Source of the DNA: a virus
DNA: 64,000 bases
Virus record (IMG/VR): IMGVR_UViG_3300021492_000027
Strand: one strand, 5' to 3'
Numbering within the stretch: the stretch's first letter is position 1; each line of letters begins with the position of its first letter. Shown piece after piece: positions 9,026 through 19,900 of the stretch. Made by a program: the position numbers and the translations under genes. The notes under the pieces were generated by a model that saw nothing but the letters and a program-made list of their open reading frames with translations, was not told where the DNA came from and did not search any database.

Positions 9026-9622
9026 ATGGTAGCATCAACATCACCAGCGGCATCGTCAATACCCACAAAATTTGATATAGCGCGGTTACGTAAATACGAA
9101 CTGAACTTACAGGAACGGATTGATACAGGCTTAGTTCCTTCGTTCTATTCTTTCATGAACATTTACGCGTCAGCAATAGAAGACCTCAGAGGCGATACTG
9201 ACCTCCGTCCAGAGCTATTGACACTTTTAGCGATGGGCTATGTGAGACACAAAAGAGACAAGCTCATGAACGAGTTAGAACAGAAGATACGCGATCGCAT
9301 AAAAGAAGTTAAAAAAATGAATGATGGTTCGATATCAAATTCAGAGATAGGACGGATAAGGATAGAAGAGTCAGTAAAGATGATGGCGAGTATAATTGCA
9401 CATTTTGAAGAAAAATACGAACGCCGCCAGACAATAGGATTATTAATCTCACCAAAAGACATGGAGGAGCTCGATGCGCCTCCTATCGTGTTAGATTTGA
9501 ATTCATGCGAGGACAAGCTACGAGAGATGGGTGTGGTGATAGAGAATGCAAAAGGCGTAATAGAAGAGAGTAGTGATTATGAAGAGAGCGAAGAATACAG
9601 CGAAGAGGATGAGGAAGAATGA
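9026..9622 (+). CDS. Hypothetical protein, acidic C-terminus
   Basis: 198-aa ORF overlapping the ATPase start. Confidence 0.65.
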   Translation: MVASTSPAASSIPTKFDIARLRKYELNLQERIDTGLVPSFYSFMNIYASAIEDLRGDTDLRPELLTLLAMGYVRHKRDKLMNELEQKIRDRIKEVKKMNDGSISNSEIGRIRIEESVKMMASIIAHFEEKYERRQTIGLLISPKDMEELDAPPIVLDLNSCEDKLREMGVVIENAKGVIEESSDYEESEEYSEEDEEE

Positions 9623-10551
9623 AATACAGCGAAGTACCGGTTTATGAGCCATTGGAAGGCGCTAATAGTTTGAGCCCGTTTTTCTATCAATCACCGAAAC
9701 AGCCGCTTGCAGTAGAAATAGCCCGAAGAGTCACCTCAAAGCATAACCAAGATGCGCGTATAATAACAGTAGGTATGCAAGGTAGAGGCAAGAGCTGGCT
9801 GAGCTTGACATTGGCTTATGGCATAGCGTGTGAGGTAGCACGTATCCAGAACCGCAGGAAAGGTGTCAACACGAAATGGACGGATTATTTCAAACTCGAT
9901 AATATAGTGATAATGGATGATACGAAAGTACGTGAGGTTCTGTCGGATGTTAAACAGTACAACATCTATCTTTTTGATGATATAGGTATAGCGTGGAACG
10001 CACGTGAAGCGATGTCAAAAGGAAACAAGCTACTCAACGATGTCTTCCAAGTCTTCAGAACAGAGAACACAGTAGTAATGATGTCAATAATATCAGACTT
10101 TTTGATAGACAAAGTCCCTCGTAATTTAGTAAACTACCAAATCGAGATGGACATGTCACTGTTCAGTCAGCATTGGACATTTCCGAAAGTGTTCAATGTT
10201 GTTAGCAAGCCACGTGAGCATGCGCCCCACTATCACTATCCAAGGACAGGGGATGGCGTTGCGGTAGTACGGTTTGCCTGTCCTGCACCACCTGAGAAAC
10301 TGAGAACCGAGTATGATGTTTTGCGTCGCGAAGCAGCAACAAAAATCAGAGTGGAACGTATGAAGAACGAAGCTGAAGAAGCGAAGCGACCAAAGAGTGG
10401 TGTTAAGGGTGTCTTTCCAAACGAAGAGAAATATAAGAAAGTGGAGCAACTGATAGCAGTAGGTTTAAGTCAACGGAAAGCGTGTAAGATCATGGAATGT
10501 GACAGTGCAGCGTATCGCAAATGGCGTGACACAAAAGCAAAGGAAAACTGA
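9619..10551 (+). CDS. P-loop ATPase (packaging/assembly type of spindle-shaped viruses) with C-terminal HTH
   Basis: Walker A GMQGRGKS, Walker B YLFDD, C-terminal LSQRKACKIM HTH. Confidence 0.75.
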   Translation: MKYSEVPVYEPLEGANSLSPFFYQSPKQPLAVEIARRVTSKHNQDARIITVGMQGRGKSWLSLTLAYGIACEVARIQNRRKGVNTKWTDYFKLDNIVIMDDTKVREVLSDVKQYNIYLFDDIGIAWNAREAMSKGNKLLNDVFQVFRTENTVVMMSIISDFLIDKVPRNLVNYQIEMDMSLFSQHWTFPKVFNVVSKPREHAPHYHYPRTGDGVAVVRFACPAPPEKLRTEYDVLRREAATKIRVERMKNEAEEAKRPKSGVKGVFPNEEKYKKVEQLIAVGLSQRKACKIMECDSAAYRKWRDTKAKEN

Positions 10552-10673
10552 GGCATGATTATGCGTGCGTGTGCGCGTGCGCGACGGCACTATATAGCTA
10601 AAACCCCTCATTATATTTTCATTATTATAGCACTTTTCAGTCCCGGCACGCACCACGCCAAACCCACAAAATT

Positions 10674-10689
10674 AAAAACTTTATAAATA
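10674..10689 (+). promoter_or_regulatory. Archaeal BRE-TATA promoter
   Basis: AAAAACTTTATAAATA about 35 nt before ATG 10725. Confidence 0.55.
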
Positions 10690-10724
10690 AGAAAATTCAA
10701 TATAGAAATTGAGGAAGAACCACA

Positions 10725-11021
10725 ATGACCCGAAGTCTATCATTATTATCGGACACATCGGGCGTGTCATACGCGTTCGCAGTAATGGTTATAGCGCTTT
10801 TGTTCTGCACAAGCGTTTACATTTTGTGTATCCCAATAGTGAATGCAATAATCGGGCAATTCAATTACATGATAGACCAAGATATGGTTTCAATAGGCAC
10901 GCAGAAAGCGTTTAATTTCAATATAACGATGTACAAAGCGATGCCAATATTCACTGTAATAGGGTTCTTCCTCATATATCCGATAGTAATAGCGTTATTA
11001 GAGAAGAGGGTGATAGAATGA
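10725..11021 (+). CDS. Two-TM hairpin protein, possible minor capsid protein
   Basis: Short leader ending DTSG followed by two hydrophobic helices. Confidence 0.5.
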   Translation: MTRSLSLLSDTSGVSYAFAVMVIALLFCTSVYILCIPIVNAIIGQFNYMIDQDMVSIGTQKAFNFNITMYKAMPIFTVIGFFLIYPIVIALLEKRVIE

Positions 11022-11395
11022 AAATATTGGAGGATTTGAAGGCTGCGAAACGTGTAGAGCAGGCGATAGCGCGCCAGAAGCATTATCAATCACAGAAGGA
11101 GTTAGCAGATAAGGCAAAGGAGCTATCGAAAAAGTATGGTGTGAGTACAAAAGAAGCTGAAGCGTATTTGAGGCTACAAGCTCGCCGTCAGAAAAATAAA
11201 CAAAAGCTTATAGCAGCACGTGGGAAGTTAAGTAGGGTATGGCGTGGAATGCAAAAACTTGCGAACACACAAGCTCCTAATGTGGCTGCAACAACTACAA
11301 AGAGAAAAACAACAAAAACAAAGAAAAAAGCGCAAGTTCCTAACAACAAATTAAACGAATACGCTAACAATATGATAAACTTTTGGAAACTATAA
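11018..11395 (+). CDS. Basic hypothetical protein
   Basis: Lys/Arg-rich 125-aa ORF. Confidence 0.65.
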   Translation: MKILEDLKAAKRVEQAIARQKHYQSQKELADKAKELSKKYGVSTKEAEAYLRLQARRQKNKQKLIAARGKLSRVWRGMQKLANTQAPNVAATTTKRKTTKTKKKAQVPNNKLNEYANNMINFWKL

Positions 11396-11398
11396 AAA

Positions 11399-11722
11399 AT
11401 GAGCACATATAGTAAACAGCTTATTGCAAGCTTCTTTATAATGTTATTTTGCAATCTCGTGGGTATGGTGTTAGCGATAAGCGTCGGTGTTGCAACCGAT
11501 CAGATACATGATACGTTAGTGTGCCAAGGAATTTACAATTTGGGCGGTAGATGGTCGTCCTATGAGATGCAGTCGTCCTACGATGCGCAATTCTTTATTA
11601 CAATGATACACGTAATAATCTACACCATACCGCTTATTGGCACAACAATATTCATACTCAGTGCGGCACGTAAGCTGAGATACGACAAATATTTGAGAGA
11701 TAGGGATTATATAATATATTAA
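11399..11722 (+). CDS. Two-TM membrane protein
   Basis: Two hydrophobic helices, basic C-terminus. Confidence 0.65.
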   Translation: MSTYSKQLIASFFIMLFCNLVGMVLAISVGVATDQIHDTLVCQGIYNLGGRWSSYEMQSSYDAQFFITMIHVIIYTIPLIGTTIFILSAARKLRYDKYLRDRDYIIY

Positions 11723-11729
11723 GGAAGAA

Positions 11730-12128
11730 ATGTTAGGAATTAGGAAGAAAATGGGAAGAAAGAGGATAATAAAAAAAGAAGAAGAGGAAGAAAAAGTAGT
11801 AGCGAACGAAGAAGATGACGAGACGCCAGTGAAAGTGGAAGTGCCAAAGTCACCAAGAACTAACAAAAAGGATATTGTTAAGCAACAGCGATTAGAAGCG
11901 ACCGCGTATGAGCTAACTGAGACTGCGGTACTTTTGCGTAATATTTTATCCAGACCAAACGGTGGATACACCGATATGGAATATGCTGCGTTGGGGAATG
12001 CATTAATAGCAATAGCAGTAGCGAGCGAGAATGTGGAACGGTTTGTTGAGCTCAGAGACCAGCAACTAATGGAGGCTAAAACCCTTACTGAAGAAAAAGG
12101 AGAAGTAGCTGAAACCGAAGAGCAATGA
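11730..12128 (+). CDS. Hypothetical protein
   Basis: 132-aa ORF overlapping the next gene. Confidence 0.6.
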   Translation: MLGIRKKMGRKRIIKKEEEEEKVVANEEDDETPVKVEVPKSPRTNKKDIVKQQRLEATAYELTETAVLLRNILSRPNGGYTDMEYAALGNALIAIAVASENVERFVELRDQQLMEAKTLTEEKGEVAETEEQ

Positions 12129-15100
12129 AACGACAACAGCCAGTGGTGAGCGAACGCGTATATCGTGAGGTTATATCACGAGCAGAACAGGGTAAAGTAC
12201 CGTTATATCCTTCAGTAGTACGGAAAAAAGCGATTGAGCGTTACAAAACTGAAAAGATAGCAGAACTCAAAAGAGCACAGGAAGAGGCAGAACGGAAAAT
12301 AAGAGAAGAGCAAATAAGAAGAGAAGAACGGCGCAGGCGAGCTGAGCAGCAACGTCAAGAACAGTATAGAAAAGCAGAAGAAGCGAGTAAGGGACGAGTA
12401 CATACAGGTCAGTGGGTAAAAATCGAAGAAGGTGGCAAGTCAGTAAGTGTTAGGGACATGGCAGCATTGTCACCATCACAGGCAAAGGCTTTAGGGTTTA
12501 AATGGGGCACATTCAAAGCAAATCCCCAAACAGGTACTTTTGAGTTTGTTCCACTACCTACTCCTACTGAGCCAACCGAGCCAGAATATTACGGTCTTTT
12601 GAAATGGAAATACGAAAGCGGGTACTATAAAAATGTCCCGCAGATGGAGAAAATAATAAAGAAAGAGATAGAAGTAGGTGGTAAGAAATATGGCATAAAA
12701 GCACCAGCATGGGCAAGTGGTTTTGCAAAAGAATACGAAGCAGTAGCGAGACAGATAAAGCAAGCATATACAAAAGCTTCAGAATATGCAGCTAAGCCGG
12801 CACCATCAGAGCTAAAAAAAACTAAAAAAAAATCAGTACCGAAATCCATTACTAAGCAAAATATATCGCAATACCAAAGACTTACTACATTAGCGCAGCA
12901 TCCCGAAGTACAGGCATATATCAATAAAATGCAGAGTCTGCAAAGCATAAGTACGGAATTACAAACCCAAGGTGTAGAGATCGAACGACAAACCGAAGCA
13001 CATAACAAGTTGGTTACTGAACTGAATCGAACATTTGAAGAGTATCAGAAAGGTGGCTGGACACCTGAAGAAATAGCAAAATATAATTTATTAGCAGGCG
13101 CTGTAACAGGGATAGAAAAAGAATTAGAGCCAAAAATCACGAAATATGAAAAAAGAGCGAAAAAACTCGAAAAAACACTGAAACAGCCAAAATCGAAAGT
13201 AGTAAAAGAATTTGAAACACTGAGTAAATCATTTATGGAACAGTATTCACCAAAACAAATATCGCAGATAGAAAAAGCAATGATTGTTAGTTTCCCTGCG
13301 AAGAAACAGCCCATGCAAGAAGTAACTTTTACAGGGTTAGGAGAATACATAAAATCTACGGGTCGTGTACCTGTCTTTACTATACCTGAACAAGCGTATC
13401 CTCGTCCTCCAACGGCTATTGAGTCATTAATCGAGCCAATAAAGCGCCTAACAGGTCATTATCCTGAAAAAGAAAAAGCATTGAGTTCAACACTATCAAC
13501 ATATAGGAAACAGCAATTAGGGTTAGCGGAATCGTTGGGTATAATCCATAAAGAAAGGGGCAAACGATACATTATTGTGAACAACACGAAATATTACGAG
13601 GGCACAAAAGGGTTTGATGAGCATTTAGGAGAAGCGATACAGAGCAAACTATCTATAAAACCGCCACCTGAAGTCAAGAGAAGGCAGGAAGCGATACATG
13701 AAGCTGAACGCATAAAATCAGAGTTCATGAAGACTTATGGTGCTAAGCCCGGTGAGCCTATAATATTAGCAACGCCAGAATCACAGAAAGCGTTTGAACG
13801 AGTAAGGTCAGCATTTGAAGCCATACCAGAAGAATCAGCCACAACAAAAGCGTACTGGGAAGAAGCCAGAAAGATACGCCAAGCGCAACCACAAATAGAA
13901 GAGATTAATGTGTTAGCGAAACAGGTAACGAAGCAGGCAAAGGAGATGGAGCGGATACAAAAAGAAAGGTTGTTTGGTATTCCGTACAAGATAGAAACAT
14001 TAGAAGAGAAATATTCTCCTACAAAGAAGTTCATTCCACCAGTAACTCCTTATGCAGAAGTAAAAACACCAGAAGATTTAGTTAAAGCAATAAAAGAGAC
14101 ATATAAATGGGGAGGAACAAAGTTAACTAAGCAACAAGAAGAGGCGATAAGAGAGTCATTTAAGAAAGGAGAACGAATAAGTAAATCATACAGAAGGGTA
14201 TGGGGTTTACCATCTGAACCTTTTGAGTGGGAAAAGAAAGCAGCTCAGCTTACTGCTGGCATAAAAACCGGTCAGGTTGAAGAGATAAGAGAACATCCAG
14301 TGAAAGGAGCGATAACAGTTGCTTCGTTTGCTGCCTTACCACCTATGTTCAAAGGTGCGAAATATTTATGGGGTATACGAGCAGGTGAAACTGTGGGTAT
14401 GGCAGCAAAGCTACCGGTTTTGACAAAATATGCACCTAAGTTTGTTATGGGTGGTATGGGTGCAGGCTATGCGGGCGCAGTTGGATACGAAGCGTACAAA
14501 GCGCCAACATTACAATCAAAAGGAAAAGTATTTGGTAGAGCATCAGTAGAGCTCGCTGAGATGTCTGCTGGTGCATATATCGGTGCAAAAGCAATGCCTT
14601 CCTACCTTAAAAAAATAGAAGTATCGCAATTTGGTGCTAAAAAAATATACAGAGGATTGGGTATTGGAGAAGTTCCTCGTCCGGTCTTCGGTTATTATAA
14701 AGAAGAACTAAAAACACCTGATATTAATTTAGTGCGAAGAGATTTAGTTTTAGGTAAGAAGTTTCATGTCTTGGAGCAGAGCAAAAAGTTTGCCGAACGA
14801 ATAGCAGGTGGTAGAGTTTCCAAAAAACCAGCAAGACAATGGACACACGAAGACATAAAATCAGTTGAAGAATATTTGGCAATGCATCGTGCACGAGGTG
14901 GTGAAGCGCGTGCACAAAAATTTGAAGAACTTGAAAAGAAGAAAATGGCACTCAAAAAAGAGCCTTATGAAACAGTATTTACTTCAGGGATAGCGCCATC
15001 GGAAATATATGGTGGTGTTGTTCCATCACCGAGGATTAAAATGCCTAAGCTCCCACGTCCATCGCATTTACCACCAGAGATGATGACTTCTGGCATTATC

Positions 15101-16963
15101 AAAGGCGAAGAATTGAAAATATTCGGGCATAAATATCCTGAGCATGAAGTTCGTATGATAAACGGACTTATAGGCAAGCCACCGGGTGCAAGATTAGGAC
15201 TAACAGAAGGTCAGTGGGTATCAGGATTGACAGAATCAGAAGCGGCTCGAATAAAATCCATGAGCAAACCGCCAAAAGATATATTAACACAAGAATTAAT
15301 ATCTCGCATAATAAAACCTCATGCTTATAGTTCTGAGCAAACAGAGCGATTACTAAAATCATTAGAAGAGCCAAAAACAGGTGGTTATTATCATTTTTAT
15401 AAGAAGTCAGTTCTGACAATACCAGAAGATTTGCCGTTACAAATACGGTCTAAGCGTATAGGTTCTAAGATGGTAGGTGAGCCACCAAAAGACATGTTAA
15501 TGCAGGAACTTATCAAGCGGATAGTTAAGCCACAAGCTTATCCTGAACACACAACAAAGCACATTTTGAAGATGATGGAAGAGCCAAAGACAGGCGAATC
15601 TTATTATGAACTATATAAAAAGTCAATACTAACAGTACCAGAGGACTTACCATTACAAATACGGTTTAAGCGTTTAAAGCAATCAAAACAAGAAGTTTTA
15701 GGCTCAGCTACTGATTTTTTGAGGTCGTTGAAGTTCCCGCAGATATATGGTGAAGCGCCAGTGATAATCAAGTCAGAGCAGGTGCCACCTATACAGATAG
15801 GCAAAATATCTTCAATGAAAGATATGCGTATAAGATATGCAGGTGATGCGCGTGTAATAATAGGTGAATCAGAATCTTTGGCGCGTCAGGTAAAACGTCA
15901 GCAATCTTTATTTTTACAAAGGGTTTCCAAACAACAGTCACCAGAAGCAGCGAAGCTCATGAGCATAACAGGTAAAATATCAAAAGATAAAGTATTGGAG
16001 AATCTTAAAAGAAATTATGAGATAAAAAAGAGCTGGAAGAAAGAAGAGGAGAAGCTTTTAAAGGGTGGTGAATATGCTCGTAAGATGGTTGGCGATCAAG
16101 TTCTAATCCAGAAGACTACTACCAAAGAAGCAAAATCTGAAGCAAAAATACAAAAACCACAAGAGCCAAAACAAGAGCAAAAATTAGCTAAATCCATAGA
16201 AAAATCGTTTGAAACTGAGCGAGAAAAAGTAGTTAGCGGGCAAAAGGATATTATGAAGAGCTTGGTAGGTAGGGCTGTGTTTATAAAACAGCCTAAGCAA
16301 AAAAAGATGCAAAAACAATATCCAATTTTATTTCACGGAAAGGAAGATTATGAAAGAAGAATAGCTAAAAATTTTGAAGAGCTCATAAAAAAAAGCCAGC
16401 CTAAGTCGTTAGGCATACAGAAAGAGTTGCAAAAAACTCCACCAAGGTATGAGCCATTTGAGAGCTACAAATTCTTTTATGTTCCTGTGGAACTACCCAA
16501 AGAGAGACAATCATTTATCACTTCCTTTGCATCAGTTAAGCCCGGTGTAACACCTATACCTGCTACTGTTTCGGTCTCAAAGCCTAAATCTCCTGAAATG
16601 CCGCGTGAAAAGCTATATACTGAGAAGCCATATATACCGGAGATTGAGTTTCAGTATTTTCCTGTCCCACCACCCATATTTCCATCGAGAGTGAAACGAC
16701 CCCGCCGTCCCGGACGTTCACCCTATGAATGGTTTGAACGTCATCCTATGCCGACATTGAGAACGCTATTTGGTAGCGGTATAACACAAAAAACCGGCAT
16801 GGCGATAATGACCCAGCTAATAGGCGTAACACCAAAGAAAAGATCATCAGCAAAGAAAAAACCATCAGTATCGAAACGAAAGCACAAAGCAAAACCATCA
16901 TCAATACCTGTTAGTGGTGTGGGCATGATGACGCAACTAATAGGCGAAATGCCGAAAAGATAA
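12125..16963 (+). CDS. Very large basic, largely helical virion-module protein (1612 aa) with central hydrophobic segments and internal repeats
   Basis: Coiled-coil-like N-part, Gly/Ala-rich hydrophobic core, about 70-aa tandem repeat, basic C-terminal repeat. Confidence 0.75.
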   Translation: MKRQQPVVSERVYREVISRAEQGKVPLYPSVVRKKAIERYKTEKIAELKRAQEEAERKIREEQIRREERRRRAEQQRQEQYRKAEEASKGRVHTGQWVKIEEGGKSVSVRDMAALSPSQAKALGFKWGTFKANPQTGTFEFVPLPTPTEPTEPEYYGLLKWKYESGYYKNVPQMEKIIKKEIEVGGKKYGIKAPAWASGFAKEYEAVARQIKQAYTKASEYAAKPAPSELKKTKKKSVPKSITKQNISQYQRLTTLAQHPEVQAYINKMQSLQSISTELQTQGVEIERQTEAHNKLVTELNRTFEEYQKGGWTPEEIAKYNLLAGAVTGIEKELEPKITKYEKRAKKLEKTLKQPKSKVVKEFETLSKSFMEQYSPKQISQIEKAMIVSFPAKKQPMQEVTFTGLGEYIKSTGRVPVFTIPEQAYPRPPTAIESLIEPIKRLTGHYPEKEKALSSTLSTYRKQQLGLAESLGIIHKERGKRYIIVNNTKYYEGTKGFDEHLGEAIQSKLSIKPPPEVKRRQEAIHEAERIKSEFMKTYGAKPGEPIILATPESQKAFERVRSAFEAIPEESATTKAYWEEARKIRQAQPQIEEINVLAKQVTKQAKEMERIQKERLFGIPYKIETLEEKYSPTKKFIPPVTPYAEVKTPEDLVKAIKETYKWGGTKLTKQQEEAIRESFKKGERISKSYRRVWGLPSEPFEWEKKAAQLTAGIKTGQVEEIREHPVKGAITVASFAALPPMFKGAKYLWGIRAGETVGMAAKLPVLTKYAPKFVMGGMGAGYAGAVGYEAYKAPTLQSKGKVFGRASVELAEMSAGAYIGAKAMPSYLKKIEVSQFGAKKIYRGLGIGEVPRPVFGYYKEELKTPDINLVRRDLVLGKKFHVLEQSKKFAERIAGGRVSKKPARQWTHEDIKSVEEYLAMHRARGGEARAQKFEELEKKKMALKKEPYETVFTSGIAPSEIYGGVVPSPRIKMPKLPRPSHLPPEMMTSGIIKGEELKIFGHKYPEHEVRMINGLIGKPPGARLGLTEGQWVSGLTESEAARIKSMSKPPKDILTQELISRIIKPHAYSSEQTERLLKSLEEPKTGGYYHFYKKSVLTIPEDLPLQIRSKRIGSKMVGEPPKDMLMQELIKRIVKPQAYPEHTTKHILKMMEEPKTGESYYELYKKSILTVPEDLPLQIRFKRLKQSKQEVLGSATDFLRSLKFPQIYGEAPVIIKSEQVPPIQIGKISSMKDMRIRYAGDARVIIGESESLARQVKRQQSLFLQRVSKQQSPEAAKLMSITGKISKDKVLENLKRNYEIKKSWKKEEEKLLKGGEYARKMVGDQVLIQKTTTKEAKSEAKIQKPQEPKQEQKLAKSIEKSFETEREKVVSGQKDIMKSLVGRAVFIKQPKQKKMQKQYPILFHGKEDYERRIAKNFEELIKKSQPKSLGIQKELQKTPPRYEPFESYKFFYVPVELPKERQSFITSFASVKPGVTPIPATVSVSKPKSPEMPREKLYTEKPYIPEIEFQYFPVPPPIFPSRVKRPRRPGRSPYEWFERHPMPTLRTLFGSGITQKTGMAIMTQLIGVTPKKRSSAKKKPSVSKRKHKAKPSSIPVSGVGMMTQLIGEMPKR

Positions 16964-16996
16964 AATAATATATTTTTATGCTAATTAAAATTAAAT

Positions 16997-19900
16997 ATGC
17001 AGAAAAAAGAAGTGCTGAACCGACTAAGTATTTGCTTAGCGATATTGAGTATAGCTTTTATTATCCTATCAAGCTCATGTAGTGCCGCACCTGCTTCAGC
17101 ACATGCGCCCGTAATGAAGCAGTTTAATGCATATAATAGGCAGTTGATGCTAACAAATGCCGATACTGGTCAGCAACTCATAGTCAAATCAGTTTCAAAA
17201 AAGGAGGGTGTATGCAGGTTTGAGGAGATTTTTGAAGTAACAGCGATAGGTAATGACTATGTACCGATACGAGGCAAGGATTTCGGGCTGAAGTTCATGA
17301 ACAAGACATATAGCGATATAGCACATGAGATAAGAAGCGTGAAGTGGTATGTCTGGGAAGATAATAATTGGCAACCACTGAAATGGGATGTTTATAACCG
17401 AGCATCAGCGATAAAGAAAGATGAAACGAAGCTATATAAGGTAGTGGTAACAAAGAAGCGTGCAGAAATTGGTGATAAGCGGATATTGACCATACCAAAG
17501 TTTATGGGTGTTGAGGATGAGAGATTAACGTGGTGGAACAATTCATGGCAATACAAGATTAATTCAACCTTAAATAATGTACCAAGTGGCGGATACACCT
17601 ATCAATTAATGGTGCACTCAGGGAGTGGTACAAACACAAAAACGGATGTATATTTAAACGGACATGGTGCATCGAATTTCAAAGATATAAGGTTTGTTTT
17701 AGATGATACAATAGAATTAGATTATTGGATAGAAACTAATTCAACTGATCCTATAAGAGTATATGTAGATGTTCCATCAAATGGGACAGTATATATGTAT
17801 TATGGCAACCCTAATGTAGAGACAACGTCGGATTTAAGAAGTGTAGGTATATTTGGTGATGATTTTAGAGATGGAAGTAAATGGACAACGACATCATCAG
17901 AGAGGTTCAGAATAGCTGACGGTGTATTAAATATGAGTCTGTGTGATACAGCGGGCACGGCATATATTTATACAAATTCATTTAGTGCACTAACAAATTA
18001 TTATGTTCAATATCAGTTAATATTAACAAATTGTTATGTAGGCTCAGAGAATTTCTTTTGTATGCAAACTTCACCAGGTATTCCTATAACTCACAATCTT
18101 AACTTTAGTGGAATATATATGTATGAAGATGGTGGATGCGGTAATTCAAAATTTGAAATAGGTTATCAATCTCATATAGAAAATATGTCTTCCTCCAATA
18201 TTGCGTGTTGTGGCGGTATAAAAATAAAATATTATAATGGTAAAGGTGTAATAGAAAGGTGGAGTCATAGCTTTACAACTAAACATGAAGAAACCAGTCC
18301 TGTTTATGGCAGTTCACCATCAATGACAAGATTTGTAGTGTCTCAATATAGTAGCTATGGAATAGAAGGTGAATTAGATAATATTTTAATACGGAAATAT
18401 CAAGAGCCGGAGCCCGAATGGTCAACATGGTCAACCGAAGAAACAGAAACTACTTATACAGGTGAAAGCATAACTCAATACAATTCACAGCGCAAAATAG
18501 CACGCACATCTGATAATTATCTACATCGTGTATATACCAAATTCGATGGCTCACATTACCGTATCTACTATGCAAAGAGCACAGATGGTGGTTCGACATG
18601 GACAGAGACCGACCTAAGCGAAGATGATAGTCATGACTTTCTCGATCCAGCAATAGCTGTTGATTCTAACGACAATATATGGGTTGTGTATTATGTAAAT
18701 GGCGCTGGTGTAAAGTACAGAATGTATAACGGAACTTCATGGAGTAACAGTCAATCGTTGTCATCGGGTATATCTCATATAAATGGCTTATCGATAGCGA
18801 TAGATGAACAAGATAATGTACATGTAGTATGGAGTGCCGATTTAATATCGCAATATGAAATACAATACAGGATGTTTGATGGTTCGTCTTGGAGTACATT
18901 AGAAGGGTTAGAAAATAGCAATTTTCCTGAATATCCATCAATCGCAATTGATAGCAATAACTATGTGCATGTGGTATGGCAAGAGAAGGTTAGCGATGTA
19001 TGGAATATCAAGCACAGGAAGAAGACAGATTCGGGCTGGCAGGCTATTTATAGTGTCACAAGTGTCAATGACTACGATCAGACCTATCCGTGCATAGTAG
19101 CTGATCCATCAGGCAATGTGCACGTTGTGTGGCAAACCAGCGACCATCAAATCAAATACAGACGTTGTAGCCCAGACGGCACATGGAACGCAATAGAAAC
19201 CGTCTATGATGGTGGTATATATGAGCAACTCCGTCCGAGTATAAGCGTTTATGATAATAATTATTTGCATGTGGTATGGTTCGGATATGATTCATCACAT
19301 GAGACTAACTATGTAATAAAAGAGAGCCATAAAACAACAAGCTCATGGAGCAGTCCAAACAATATAGTTTCGGTACCGGGAAAGGATGTTGTCTATCCAA
19401 ATTTAATTGGTGCACTCTATCCAAAGATTTGTTCTGATTGCTATACTAACTTGCCTGACACAGGCTATGCCTTCATATACGACGAGAATGGCGCAATAAA
19501 ATACTATGATTCAGACGATTTAGCGTGGCGTTGTCCAACAAAATACACATTGACATTGAAAGCGATAAACGCAAAAACGGGCATATCAGTAACGAGCTTC
19601 AGTGCGGACTTGGGCACGGGTGAGACAAAGACAACAACTAATGGCGTAGTGAAGTTCAGATGCTTAGAAACCGGCTATTATAGTCTTCGTATTACTGCTA
19701 ACGGCTATTATGTCTATACAGAAACGATAGTGGTAGATACGACAAAAGAGATAACAGTGACACTAACACCAATAAGCGAATTTGACTATTACGTGCTTCC
19801 AAATGCGCGTACAGTAACGTTTATTGTAGAGGATATATACGGTAAGAGACTTGAGAACATATATGTTGAGGCAGTGGGCTATAATATTAGCCATCCTTAT

